From positions 1 through 25,045 of the IMG/VR virus record IMGVR_UViG_3300036784_000118: 25,045 nt of DNA; one strand, given 5' to 3'. The notes under the pieces were generated by a model that worked only from the letters and a program-made list of their open reading frames with translations, searched no databases and was not told where the DNA came from. Origin of the DNA: a virus. Lineage: Duplodnaviria; Caudoviricetes. The first letter of the stretch is position 1. Every line of letters begins with the position of its first letter. Shown piece by piece: positions 15,644-24,676 of this stretch. A program made the translations under genes and the position numbers.

Positions 15644-16746
15644 TGAGTGACATTGTGAATCCCTTCGGCGCTGAGCCGAAAAATTCAGGCGGCGCGGTGG
15701 CCGCGAATGAAGCACAGCGTGCGGTGAGCGAGGTGCAAGCGGCCTTGATCATCGCGCATCACATGCCGCGCGATCAGAAGCGCTCAATGGATCGCATCAT
15801 CAACGAGTGCACGCGTGAAGGCCTTGCCGCCGAAGCTACCTATGAGTATGCGCGGGGTGGCAATTCGATCACCGGCCCATCGATCCGCCTGGCTGAAACG
15901 GCGGCGCGCAATTGGGGCAATTTCGAATCAGGCGTGAAAGAGATTGCGCGGCATGCGGGGTGGTCTGAATGTCAAGCTTATGCTTGGGATCTAGAAACGA
16001 ACACGCGCGAGGTGCGAAGCTTCGCGGTGCGCCACATCCGGGACACCAAGCAAGGCCCGAAGCCGGTGACGGAAGAGCGCGATATTTACGAGTTGACGGC
16101 AAATTATGGCGCACGCCGCAAGCGCGCTTGCATCATCTCGCTCATCCCCGGCGATGTGTGGGCCTGTGCGCTTACGCAAGTTGATGCCACGCTCAAGATC
16201 AAGCTCGATGTCACGCCTGAATTGCTCGCGCAAATGCTTGAGCGCTTCGCGGCCTTCGGTGTCACGAAGGCGATGATCGAAGCGCGCGAGCAAAGAAGGC
16301 TTGATTCGATTTCGCCCGCTGCCGCTCATCGCTTGCGCCGTATTTATAACTCGCTGAAGGATGGCATCAGTGAGCCGAGTGAATGGTTCGATCTGAGCAT
16401 TGCGCCCGCTGATGGCAAGCCCGCGCAAAGGTCATCCACCGAAGTGATGAAGGAGACGATGAAGGCACGCGGCTCATCCACACCCGCCGCGAAGAAGACC
16501 ACCGCGAAGCCGAAGGATAAGGCCGCGCCGCCACCGGCTGAAGAAGCGGATGCACCCACCTATGCGAGCGTGCGTGATGCGCTTGAGCACGCGAAGAGCG
16601 TGGCCGAATTGGGCACCGCTGGCGATCTCATCGAGAGCATCGCGGATGTCGATCAGCGTGAAGAGCTTGGTGCGATTCTCGATGCCCGCCTTCATGAATT
16701 CGAAGAGGCCGGTGATGATGGCCGCGATCCGGGCGAGCCATCATGA
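15640..16746 (+). CDS. conserved phage protein, putative single-strand annealing partner of YqaJ
   Basis: Coupled to yqaJ, with GPSIRLAE..ARNWGN, AYAWDLETN and ARR.RACI motifs. Function is inferred from position only. Confidence 0.55.
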   Translation: MMSDIVNPFGAEPKNSGGAVAANEAQRAVSEVQAALIIAHHMPRDQKRSMDRIINECTREGLAAEATYEYARGGNSITGPSIRLAETAARNWGNFESGVKEIARHAGWSECQAYAWDLETNTREVRSFAVRHIRDTKQGPKPVTEERDIYELTANYGARRKRACIISLIPGDVWACALTQVDATLKIKLDVTPELLAQMLERFAAFGVTKAMIEAREQRRLDSISPAAAHRLRRIYNSLKDGISEPSEWFDLSIAPADGKPAQRSSTEVMKETMKARGSSTPAAKKTTAKPKDKAAPPPAEEADAPTYASVRDALEHAKSVAELGTAGDLIESIADVDQREELGAILDARLHEFEEAGDDGRDPGEPS

Positions 16747-17219
16747 GTGCGCGCATACGGGCAAGGCCGCTGCACACGCGCAAGCGGTTTGATGCATATC
16801 TCAACGATTTCTGGCGGCGTGATCAATATCCCACCTTGCTGCTCGATATGCTCGATGACGACATCCGCGAATTCATGGAATGGGATCAATGCCCGCCGCG
16901 CGATCTAAGCCGTGCGGATGTGCTGCGCGAGGTGCGCCGGATCGCAAACATCAGCAATCTCTTCCGGCTTGAGAAGAGCTATGAGAAAGACAGTGTTTGC
17001 GATCAGATTGTGAGCGCCTTCGTGCTGGCGGGTGCCAATGCCGTTTACTGCCGCATCGCGGTGCTTCTCGATGTCTGCGCCGATGATGTGCGTGATGCTT
17101 GCGACGTGCTGCGAATGAAGGATTTTTCGCCGGATCAAACCTTCGTCACACGCGCCGGAAAGTTCACGCGTGCCATCAGGCGTGCGCACACTAACCACGG
17201 CAAAGGAAAAACATCATGA
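16743..17219 (+). CDS. hypothetical protein
   Basis: ATGA-coupled on both sides. Confidence 0.6.
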   Translation: MSARIRARPLHTRKRFDAYLNDFWRRDQYPTLLLDMLDDDIREFMEWDQCPPRDLSRADVLREVRRIANISNLFRLEKSYEKDSVCDQIVSAFVLAGANAVYCRIAVLLDVCADDVRDACDVLRMKDFSPDQTFVTRAGKFTRAIRRAHTNHGKGKTS

Positions 17220-17506
17220 GCCTCATCGATTCATTGCCCACGCTTCAGGCGCAATGGGAAGGATTTGATCGCGCCACCATTCCCGAAAGGGCATCGAGCG
17301 CCCAGCGAAAAGACATGCGCACCGCGTTCTTCGCCGGTGCACTTGTGATCCTGAAGCCGGTGCTCATGGTTGCCGAGCTTGCCGGTGAAGACGAAGCCAT
17401 AGCAGTGATGGAGCGCTATCACATGGAGGTGGAAAGCTTCACCGATGTGCTCGTGCTGCTCGCTTCCGTCCTGAACAATGCCACGAAGGAGAATGATGAT
17501 GATTGA
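17216..17506 (+). CDS. hypothetical protein
   Basis: 96 aa containing 'Q..DMRTAFFAGA'; coupled to its neighbours. Confidence 0.65.
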   Translation: MSLIDSLPTLQAQWEGFDRATIPERASSAQRKDMRTAFFAGALVILKPVLMVAELAGEDEAIAVMERYHMEVESFTDVLVLLASVLNNATKENDDD

Positions 17507-18002
17507 ATTCAAGCGCCACCCGGTGAAGATCGAGCACGTGAATCCGCGCATTGAATTGCACGGTGATCAGCGTCATACCGCACTCGATCTGAAGTTGAGC
17601 ACGGACTTGCCTAATACCGCGCTCGATGAGCTTTCGCCCACGCTGCGGCCCGCGCTTTTTGGCCCTTCGGATGATCTGCTAGGCAAGGATGACGTGAATC
17701 TAACCGTGCTGAAAAATCCTGAGCTTGGTGCGCTCGTGTGGGGCGCACCGGATGTGAAAGATGTAAGCGTTACCCTGCATCTAGGTGCGCGTGCGCGGGA
17801 CGACTTCACACTAGCCGGTGCGAAGCTCACGAAGATGAGGCTGAACCCGCAAAACGGTGGCACCTTCGGCTTCACCTTCACGCTTCAGATGGAAACCCAC
17901 AATAACGAAGCGAGCAAGCTGCACCCGCTCATGCAGACTGAAGTGAGCGCAACACTATGGCGCGATGAGTCGCATACGGTGGCCGAAGATGAAGATGAAT
18001 GA
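17496..18002 (+). CDS. hypothetical phage protein
   Basis: AAGGAG RBS before an ATG cluster at 17493-17499; NPRIELHGD...ALDLKL...LPN motif. Confidence 0.65.
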   Translation: MMIEFKRHPVKIEHVNPRIELHGDQRHTALDLKLSTDLPNTALDELSPTLRPALFGPSDDLLGKDDVNLTVLKNPELGALVWGAPDVKDVSVTLHLGARARDDFTLAGAKLTKMRLNPQNGGTFGFTFTLQMETHNNEASKLHPLMQTEVSATLWRDESHTVAEDEDE

Positions 18003-18174
18003 GCCCCCGAATGATCGACGCCCGATGCCGCCGATGCGCTCACCGTGGTCGCGGCTCACGCGCGGTGCTCAGGTGATCGGCGTGCTGATCTATGTTGCCG
18101 TGGTAACGGTGCTACTCGCCGTGATCATCGGTGCCGGTGCATTCATCGCATACCTGATCAGAGGTGCATTATGA
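17995..18174 (+). CDS. small single-pass membrane protein
   Basis: Hydrophobic run VIGVLIYVAVVTVLLAVIIGAGAFIAYLI. Confidence 0.55.
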   Translation: MNEPPNDRRPMPPMRSPWSRLTRGAQVIGVLIYVAVVTVLLAVIIGAGAFIAYLIRGAL

Positions 18175-18398
18175 GCAAGCGCGCAAAGAAGAAACATGAA
18201 ACACCCGCCGCCGATGATGCGGTGGTGGTGCGCTATGAACCCGATTGGGAAAAAGCCTGTGAGAATTGCGGTGAATCACCCACGGTCACCGGTGTGGCCG
18301 TGGATGGCCCCGATAGGGGCAAGGTGGTGCTCGATACCGGCATGTGTGGAATGTGCACATGGGGTGAAGCCGCCGCGCTCGATCCTGCCAACTGGTGA
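18171..18398 (+). CDS. small CxxC...CxxC zinc-ribbon-like protein
   Basis: GAGG RBS, ATG at 18171, and CENCG...CGMC. Confidence 0.6.
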   Translation: MSKRAKKKHETPAADDAVVVRYEPDWEKACENCGESPTVTGVAVDGPDRGKVVLDTGMCGMCTWGEAAALDPANW

Positions 18399-18401
18399 GC
18401 C

Positions 18402-18590
18402 ATGAGAGAAGTACCTTGCCCGCCGCACTTCATGCACTGCCGGTGCTGCGGGCAAGTCTTTTCTGATCGGAATGTGTTCAGTGAAGCCGGATGGATCGAA
18501 GCACGGATATCCGGCCTGTGTGAAGTGTGTTTCGATTTCGTGGTGGACTTGCCCCGCCGTGATCCTGATGAGCCCGATGCGCTGCCCTAG
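18402..18590 (+). CDS. small Cys-rich hypothetical protein
   Basis: CRCC...ISGLCEVCFD. Last gene before the convergent AlpA-like gene. Confidence 0.55.
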   Translation: MREVPCPPHFMHCRCCGQVFSDRNVFSEAGWIEARISGLCEVCFDFVVDLPRRDPDEPDALP

Positions 18591-18913
18591 CGCGTGCCGC
18601 GCGCCTTCTTCGTCTTGATCTTCTCTTCACTCGCGCGTTGCTTCTCGCGTTTAACTTCGCGCACTGCATCACGCGCCGCGCGAGCCCGATCATCGAACGC
18701 ATCAAGCTCGCGCTCATCCCACATGCGCAAGCGCCCGCCGAAGGTCACACCCTGCGGGAAGACTTCCCTTCTGATCCACCGGTTGAGCGTGGCAATGCCC
18801 ATGTTTCCGTAACGCTCCATCACTTCTTCGAGCGTGAGCCACCGCGCCGATGGTTTGCGCCCACCCTTGCGCGGGGTGGGTTCCTGTACCGGCTCGCCTT
18901 GATTCGCTTCCAT
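18587..18913 (-). CDS. AlpA/Xis-like winged-HTH protein (recombination directionality factor candidate)
   Basis: Start MEANQ at 18913 with AGGAG RBS; WLTLEEVMERYG.MGIATLNRWIRREVFPQGV..GGRLRMWDERELDAF. Adjacent to the integrase. Confidence 0.8.
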   Translation of the reverse strand: MEANQGEPVQEPTPRKGGRKPSARWLTLEEVMERYGNMGIATLNRWIRREVFPQGVTFGGRLRMWDERELDAFDDRARAARDAVREVKREKQRASEEKIKTKKARGTR

Positions 18914-18914
18914 G

Positions 18915-18964
18915 TGATCGCTCCTGATCGGCTGTGATTCGCTGTGATCGTCTGTGATCGTTAT
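18915..18964 (+). repeat. 10-bp phased TGATCG array 3
   Basis: TGATCG at 18915, 18925, 18945 and 18955, with TGATTC at 18935. Overlaps the RBS of the AlpA-like gene. Confidence 0.9.
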
Positions 18965-19033
18965 TGAAGCCTTCCGGGTGGCTGAAGTGAAGTTAAAAAC
19001 ACCAATCGACAGAGGCGCGCGCCGATTGCGCCT

Positions 19034-19147
19034 TGTCGTGTCGTGTCCTGTCGTGTTGCGGGTCATGCTGGCGGCTCACGCTGACAGGTTGGCCGGTTTA
19101 GATGGCATTTCATGTCGTGTCCTGTCGCGTCATGTCGCGTTGCGCCG
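19034..19147. repeat. two short TGTCG pentamer tracts
   Basis: 19034-19058 TGTCG TGTCG TGTCC TGTCG TGTTG; 19113-19147 TGTCG TGTCC TGTCG CGTCA TGTCG CGTTG CGCCG. Confidence 0.75.
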
Positions 19148-19307
19148 GGTTGCTGCCGGATTGCGAAAATCAATCGGATGCGCGCGCCGGTATCGTCGCT
19201 ATCGGCGGAAAAAACCCACGGAATGATCTAGCGGCCCGCCACGCCGCTCGCGCGCCTTCGCCGTCATTACCCTGGCCGCGAGGTGCCGCGAAGCCCGCCA
19301 TGAGGCC

Positions 19308-19336
19308 AAAAAAAAGCCCGCGAGCGATTCGCGGGC
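19308..19336 (-). terminator. intrinsic terminator after the integrase
   Basis: GCCCGCGA/TCGCGGGC stem plus 8 T on the minus strand. Confidence 0.75.
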
Positions 19337-19361
19337 CTTCGGTGATGTGCCGGTGTGGGGA

Positions 19362-20789
19362 TCACGCGGCCTTGCTGCCGCGCTTCTTCTTCTCATTGAT
19401 GTCCACCACATTCGCGGGTGTCTGCGATGTCGTCACGTATTCACCCCACGCCTGCATCACATCGCGCCGCCGCTTGAGATAGGTGCCAAGGTTGTACACC
19501 TTCGCCACCTGATTGCCTTCGCCGTTCGCGTGAGCAAGGCACGCTTCGGCAAGCTCGCTTGCGAACTCCGTGTGATCCGCCCGCCACGTGCTGAAGGTGT
19601 GGCGCATGCCGTGCGGGGAAAGCACACCGAGATAGCCCGTGCGTCGAAGAAGGCTGTTCATCGAATCCTTGCCGATGTGCTGCACCTTGTTCGCCTTCGA
19701 GATTGCCGGGAAAAGATAGCCGGTGCGCTTGTGGTAAGTCGGGATGCCGCGCAACACATCGAGCGCCGCCGTGCTGAGCGGAATCACGAACTCATTCTGT
19801 TTGCGCTTCAGGTCGCCTTTCATGCGTGCGCCGGGAATGGTCCACGTGGCCTTCTCAAGATCGAACTCTTCCCACTTCGCCGCAATGAGTGCGCTCGTGC
19901 GCGGCACCGTGAGCATCTTGAGAAGCACCGCACGCGCCGCGAGTGATTTACCGGTGCGCGCGCTCAGGTCCGCGAACACATCCGCGATGGCTTCCGGCTT
20001 CACATGCGGGTGTGCCTTCACCGCGTGCACCTTCGATACCTTCGGCAAGTCGTGTTCAAAATGAAACCATGAAGCCGGGTTCGATTCGTCATCCGTTCGC
20101 CGGTATCCCTTGCGCTGAGCGTAGGCAAACATCCGTTCGAGTCGCTGCCGTGTCACCTTCGCCTGTACGGTGATCGCACGCCATAGGGTCGTGCCGTTCT
20201 TCGGTTGCGTGAGCACCTTCAGCATGTCTTCGGCGGTGATGGTGTGCACGAGCCGATCACCGATGATCGGATACACATAGCGGGTCACCGCCGCGAGAAA
20301 ATCAGTTTGCGTCTTGGGGCTTATCCATTCCTGCGCTGATGCGCTGTTGTCTACAAAGTCGATCACGAGTTGCCGCACGGTGAGTTGCTTCGCCTTCGGC
20401 GGGTTGCGCGGGTTGGTGTCGTCCACCTGTGCGGTCGCCTTCGCGATCACCGGTGCCGCCTTGAGGTTCGCCCGCAAGTGCCGTTCGACTTCACGCGGAT
20501 GAAGCCCTTCCTTCAAGGCCCGATCAAGCTCCACGGTGCGGGTTCGCGCATCGGCCCATGTGCGGGTAACGCGCCCTTCGGCAAGGTTGCTTTCGCCATC
20601 GCGCTGCCACGAACCAAGGCCCACTTCGATGCGCGACTTCTGAAGCGCTTTCGCGTTGACCATGTAGAGAAAGCTCATGCTCACGCCTATGTGCTGAAGC
20701 CATAGGTGGCCTTCGATCTGATAGAGTGCTTTGGCCTTGGTGGAAACCTTCGGCAAACGGCGTGCGGCTGATTCGGTGATGGTGCTCAT
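19362..20789 (-). CDS. int: tyrosine integrase, P4/IntA-like
   Basis: Arm-binding N-terminus (..VGLGSW), and catalytic R (VPRT), K (RMKG), HGMR, LAH and Y (KVYN). Confidence 0.93.
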   Translation of the reverse strand: MSTITESAARRLPKVSTKAKALYQIEGHLWLQHIGVSMSFLYMVNAKALQKSRIEVGLGSWQRDGESNLAEGRVTRTWADARTRTVELDRALKEGLHPREVERHLRANLKAAPVIAKATAQVDDTNPRNPPKAKQLTVRQLVIDFVDNSASAQEWISPKTQTDFLAAVTRYVYPIIGDRLVHTITAEDMLKVLTQPKNGTTLWRAITVQAKVTRQRLERMFAYAQRKGYRRTDDESNPASWFHFEHDLPKVSKVHAVKAHPHVKPEAIADVFADLSARTGKSLAARAVLLKMLTVPRTSALIAAKWEEFDLEKATWTIPGARMKGDLKRKQNEFVIPLSTAALDVLRGIPTYHKRTGYLFPAISKANKVQHIGKDSMNSLLRRTGYLGVLSPHGMRHTFSTWRADHTEFASELAEACLAHANGEGNQVAKVYNLGTYLKRRRDVMQAWGEYVTTSQTPANVVDINEKKKRGSKAA

Positions 20790-20866
20790 CGTCTTTCCTT
20801 CACAGGGTCGGCGTGGGTAAAGGGTGCGCCGTACCTGTTATTTGTGGGTGTTCCAGTGAGCTTCTG

Positions 20867-20896
20867 TGATCGTCTGTGATCGTCTGTGATCGAGAT
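20867..20896 (+). repeat. 10-bp phased TGATCG array 4
   Basis: TGATCG at 20867, 20877 and 20887, plus a degenerate TGAGCT at 20857. Confidence 0.9.
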
Positions 20897-20995
20897 AAGA
20901 AACCCGCGAAGCCTTATGGGTCGGGCTCTGAGGCCCGCCACACAAGGGTGAGCGGCAATTATACGCGCTAATTCTCGATAAGCATACATCCCTTG

Positions 20996-21025
20996 TGATC
21001 GGCTTTGATCGGCTTTGATCGTCTC
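20996..21025 (+). repeat. 10-bp phased TGATCG array 5
   Basis: TGATCG at 20996, 21006 and 21016, just upstream of a minus-strand TATAAT (20963-20958). Confidence 0.9.
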
Positions 21026-21109
21026 TACCCCCGCCGTCTACCCGATTTTTTCGCAAAACCCACACCTTGCCCCTACGCCGCGATTCGCGGTGCGCCCCGT
21101 GTTAAGCGG

Positions 21110-21166
21110 TTGCAGCGTTTTAAACATCGGTCTAGTCTGCTGATTCCGAAAGGTTTACAAAACCTT
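21110..21166 (+). promoter_or_regulatory. candidate promoter and operator for the XRE gene
   Basis: TTGCAG-17 nt-TAGTCT (21110-21138), followed by the inverted repeat AAGGTTT-ACA-AAACCTT (21150-21166). Confidence 0.45.
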
Positions 21167-21206
21167 CGTTTGATTGATCGAGAGACAAACTAGAGGGCAC
21201 CGAGAT

Positions 21207-22238
21207 ATGCCGTATGGAATCGAGCTTGAAGACGTGCGCTATGAGGTTGACGCGCACGGCAATCGCACCCGCGCCATCCTGCCGCTCACGATGTTCACCG
21301 CGCTCACTGAATTCTGGATTGCTGCGCGCCGCGCTCAAACCGCGCAAATCGAAGCCACCACCAAGCCGGGAAAATTCAAGACATCGCTGAGCGCTGCCGC
21401 GCCATCAGGCCGCGAGGATGAAGCGGACCCACCCGCGCCGAGCGCGCCGCCATTCAAACATGATCAGCACTGGCAAAACCTTATCGAACGACTACCCGAA
21501 GCCGCCCATCCATCACCCGCATCATCGGCATCGATCTTCACACCACACGCATCACCGGCACCCGCGCAAGCAAAGCCACGGAATCATCAAACCTTCTACC
21601 CGCGTGAGTTCGTTGCGCCGATACCTGATGAGGTTGCCGCGCTGATCGGGCAAGGTGTGTATTTCCTGAAGGCGTGGCGCATGTATCGCGGCCTGACGTT
21701 CGCAGATATCACCGATCTCATCGGCAAATCCAAAGGCGCGATCCAGTATTTCGATTATGGATACCTGAAGCCCACCACGAAGACGCTTGAGCAATTCGCC
21801 CTTGTGTTCGATTGCACGCTTGATCAGCTAACGGTAAAACCCAAAACGAACACACAGGCATGGCTGAAGGTCATCGGCACACCGGCACCCGTGGCCGAAG
21901 AGTTCGCCCCTGAAGACACCGATTACCCTGATCGTGTGCTTCACGCGATGATCGACGGCAAGACACCGCTTCTTGCATGGCGCTTGTATCGCGGTTGGTC
22001 GCTCGCTGATCTGGCGGGCAAGTATGGTGATCGGGTCACCGAAGCCGCCATCAAGAAGCTCGAAGGCGAGCGCACCCTAAGCGCGAAGACACGTGCGAAG
22101 CTCGCGCCGATCCTGAAGTGCACGCCGGTGCAATTGCTCAAACCCGAAGGCTTGGTGATCGAGAAGCGCGAGCGCTATCACGAAGAGTCACCCACGAGCC
22201 GCCGCATCACTCAGGCCATGATGAGCACAGGCCGCTGA
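21207..22238 (+). CDS. tandem XRE-HTH regulator, antitoxin-like
   Basis: Two modules, 'PDEV...G..FLKAWRMYRGLTFADI' and 'PDRV...GKTPLLAWRLYRGWSLADLA'. GAGGG RBS before ATG 21207. Confidence 0.75.
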   Translation: MPYGIELEDVRYEVDAHGNRTRAILPLTMFTALTEFWIAARRAQTAQIEATTKPGKFKTSLSAAAPSGREDEADPPAPSAPPFKHDQHWQNLIERLPEAAHPSPASSASIFTPHASPAPAQAKPRNHQTFYPREFVAPIPDEVAALIGQGVYFLKAWRMYRGLTFADITDLIGKSKGAIQYFDYGYLKPTTKTLEQFALVFDCTLDQLTVKPKTNTQAWLKVIGTPAPVAEEFAPEDTDYPDRVLHAMIDGKTPLLAWRLYRGWSLADLAGKYGDRVTEAAIKKLEGERTLSAKTRAKLAPILKCTPVQLLKPEGLVIEKRERYHEESPTSRRITQAMMSTGR

Positions 22239-22582
22239 TGGTCACGATCAATCTGCGGTCGAATTTCGCCGCCATGCTGACACAAGCCGAAGAGACACGC
22301 GATGCCACCGTGAAGCTTTACCGCTTCATGTGCATCACCGATCTTGATGAAGGTGGCATGAGCGTGACGAATGATATTGAGAACGTGCTGGCGGTGCTCG
22401 TGGCCGAAGGCGCACTAACACCCGGCATGCGCGTGATTTACCGGGATAGCGAAGACTTATGGGATGAGGTGATTATTGATGAGCACTGCAAGTTCGTGAC
22501 GTTCCGTGCGCTGCGTGAAGGGGTGCGTGATGCCGCCATGATGAAGGTGATCGACATGATGCGAGGGCGGCTCGATGGATGA
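22238..22582 (+). CDS. hypothetical phage protein
   Basis: TGATG-coupled start; DLDEGGMSVTNDIE...RVIYRDSEDLWD motif. Confidence 0.65.
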   Translation: MVTINLRSNFAAMLTQAEETRDATVKLYRFMCITDLDEGGMSVTNDIENVLAVLVAEGALTPGMRVIYRDSEDLWDEVIIDEHCKFVTFRALREGVRDAAMMKVIDMMRGRLDG

Positions 22583-23300
22583 TCACGATGCAAGGGTGAA
22601 TGCGCGATGGCAAGAAATAGACGCGGGCAAGCTCACACGCAAGCTTCGGATCGTGAATGAGCAATCGGTCGCGATCAAACTGAAGCACCATGTGCGCGTG
22701 AATGCGATGCTCAACAATCCGCACATGAGCGTGGCCGCGAAGATCAGGATGTTATGGGCGGTTGTCGATGAGATTGGCGCACTTGTCGCGCCGCGTGCCG
22801 CGTGCCGTAAAGGGTGCTCGCATTGCTGCCACATATCCGTGCTAATGCCAATGCAGGAAGCCGAGTTGATCGGCAAGCGCATCGGTGTGAAGCCTGTGAA
22901 GATTACGGGCATCACAGGCCGCGATGATATCAAGTCGGGTTATGACAATCCGTGCCCGTTCCTGAAGAACGGTGCGTGCTCGATCTATGATTCACGTCCG
23001 CTTGCCTGTCGCCAGCATTTCAATATGGATAGCGATGCGCTGTTGTGTGAGCTTGCCGGTGCGCCATCGAAGGTGCCATATATAAACCTGATGGACTATC
23101 AAACGGCACTGGCCATGATCACGAGCACCACGCGCGATAGCATCGAGCGCGAGCCGCGCACGGGCCTGCATGTGCCAGTGTCGATCACTACCGCGCCGGG
23201 TGTTGGCGACATCCGCGAATTCTTTCCGCCGAAGCTACATCACAAAAAGGAGAAACACGATGAGACAGGATCAGATGAATGTGCTTTTCGAAGAGCTTGA
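22575..23300 (+). CDS. YkgJ/CxxCxxCC-family cysteine-cluster (Fe-S or Zn) protein
   Basis: CRKGCSHCCH, CPFLKNGACSIYDSRPLACR. Confidence 0.85.
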   Translation: MDDHDARVNARWQEIDAGKLTRKLRIVNEQSVAIKLKHHVRVNAMLNNPHMSVAAKIRMLWAVVDEIGALVAPRAACRKGCSHCCHISVLMPMQEAELIGKRIGVKPVKITGITGRDDIKSGYDNPCPFLKNGACSIYDSRPLACRQHFNMDSDALLCELAGAPSKVPYINLMDYQTALAMITSTTRDSIEREPRTGLHVPVSITTAPGVGDIREFFPPKLHHKKEKHDETGSDECAFRRA

Positions 23301-23598
23301 GCGCTTCACGCAAGCGGTGGTGGCGCGGCTTCTCGCGCTCGATGGCGATACGCTCGCGGCACCTGAGAAGGTGAAGCCGGTGAAGGTGACGAATGGCACC
23401 CGCGCCGGTGGCCGTCCACCGAAGGAATTGAACAAGGCCGAAGCTGCTGCCTATGTCGGCGTGAGCACTAACACGCTCGATGCATGGAGCAAACGCGGTG
23501 TGATTCCGGCACCCCACACGAAAGAAGGCCATCGTGGGCACTTCTTCTTCAAGGCCGATCTTATGGACATCGAACGCCCGAAAAGAGGTGCCGCGTGA
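23260..23598 (+). CDS. excisionase/MerR-like HTH DNA-binding protein
   Basis: AAGGAG RBS; LNKAEAAAYVGVSTNTLDAWSKRGVIPAP...FFFKADL. Confidence 0.75.
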   Translation: MRQDQMNVLFEELERFTQAVVARLLALDGDTLAAPEKVKPVKVTNGTRAGGRPPKELNKAEAAAYVGVSTNTLDAWSKRGVIPAPHTKEGHRGHFFFKADLMDIERPKRGAA

Positions 23599-24011
23599 AT
23601 GCCTATCTGATTGATCCGTCCGCGCGCACTATTACGCCCATCGATATCGAAGCTTCGGGTGATGGCGCGATGCTTCGAAGCCTGTATGAGCATATGCAAT
23701 GCACCGACATCGAAGCGGTTTATCCGCTGAATGCTGAAGGCGATGTTTTATATGTTGATGAGCATGGCAAGTATCACCCCACGGATTATTTCCTTTGCCG
23801 CCTGTGGCCGCATGAGGTGTTGACCGGTCGCGCGGTGTGGATCGGTGTCGATGGCAAGGGTGGCAATTGCGCACCGGCCATGCCGCTCGATTATGTAGAG
23901 GCGCACATTTCATGGATGAAGCTCATGAAGGGCAATGCCGATGAGCTTCCGAAGCCCGTGCTCGATGAGGTGATGGCGCAAATCGCGCGGGCGAGTGATG
24001 CCCACAAATGA
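23595..24011 (+). CDS. hypothetical protein (DUF3846-like)
   Basis: GTG start overlapping the previous stop; AYLIDP, IEAV, LYVDEHG and LTGRAV motifs. Confidence 0.6.
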   Translation: MNAYLIDPSARTITPIDIEASGDGAMLRSLYEHMQCTDIEAVYPLNAEGDVLYVDEHGKYHPTDYFLCRLWPHEVLTGRAVWIGVDGKGGNCAPAMPLDYVEAHISWMKLMKGNADELPKPVLDEVMAQIARASDAHK

Positions 24012-24174
24012 AGAACGCCTTCGTGCGGCGCTGATGCTGATTCTCGATAGCGCGGATTACATGAACGGTGCGTGCACCGTCACTGAGATGGTGGGTGCGG
24101 TGATACCGCCTGAAGTGCTGAAGATCGCACACGACGCCCTTATACACACTGAGATAAAACATGAAAGACATTAA
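23998..24174 (+). CDS. small hypothetical protein (58 aa, not in ORF track)
   Basis: MPTNEERLRAALMLILDSADYMNGACTVTEMVGAVIPPEVLKIAHDAL... fills the gap between neighbouring genes. Confidence 0.5.
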   Translation: MPTNEERLRAALMLILDSADYMNGACTVTEMVGAVIPPEVLKIAHDALIHTEIKHERH

Positions 24175-24352
24175 TGAAGGCCGCGATCCGCGCGTTTTGT
24201 TGCATGCAGTCGAAGAGTCCACGGCGGGGCTCACCATCATTCATGAACTCCGTGCCGAAGGTGGCACGCTAAATCGCTACCGCTTTTATAGCGGCCCCGC
24301 ACTTGATGCGATCTGTGATGATTTCCTTCGCGCTCATTGGGGCCACCCATGA
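24161..24352 (+). CDS. hypothetical protein
   Basis: 63 aa, co-oriented and coupled to the next gene. Confidence 0.5.
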   Translation: MKDINEGRDPRVLLHAVEESTAGLTIIHELRAEGGTLNRYRFYSGPALDAICDDFLRAHWGHP

Positions 24353-24549
24353 ACCAGTCACACGAAGATGATCGAAAGATGGCGTATGACGCGCACGAGC
24401 TTGGCATCAAGTTGCGTGAGCGTGCGGTGATTAACGGCGAACGCGTCACGATATCGCTTGAAGATTTCAAGCAAGTGATCGTGGCGTTGCCGCTGATGGC
24501 CGGGTGGATTCTCGCGAAGGCGCGCACCGCCGAAGAGGGTGAGCGCTGA
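24349..24549 (+). CDS. hypothetical protein
   Basis: ATGA-coupled start MNQSHED, followed by a terminator. Confidence 0.5.
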   Translation: MNQSHEDDRKMAYDAHELGIKLRERAVINGERVTISLEDFKQVIVALPLMAGWILAKARTAEEGER

Positions 24550-24572
24550 AGTAATCAACACTGATGCACGCG

Positions 24573-24609
24573 CCCGCACCTTCGATGCTTCTGGTGCGGG
24601 TCTTTTTTT
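24573..24609 (+). terminator. intrinsic terminator
   Basis: CCCGCACC/GGTGCGGG stem followed by TCTTTTTTT. Confidence 0.7.
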
Positions 24610-24676
24610 GGAGGGTCTTGCAATGAGCCGTATGCGCCCGTGGCTCGATGAGCCTGATAGGCAAACGGGTGAGGTG

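Noticed and set aside
18914-19066. N-terminal extension of the AlpA-like ORF (MTRNTTGHDTT...)
   Set aside because: It is translated repeat DNA. The RBS precedes ATG 18913.
18965-21200. tRNA fragment or att core beside the integrase
   Set aside because: No T-arm (GTTCRA) plus acceptor-CCA sequence or duplicated core could be identified by eye.
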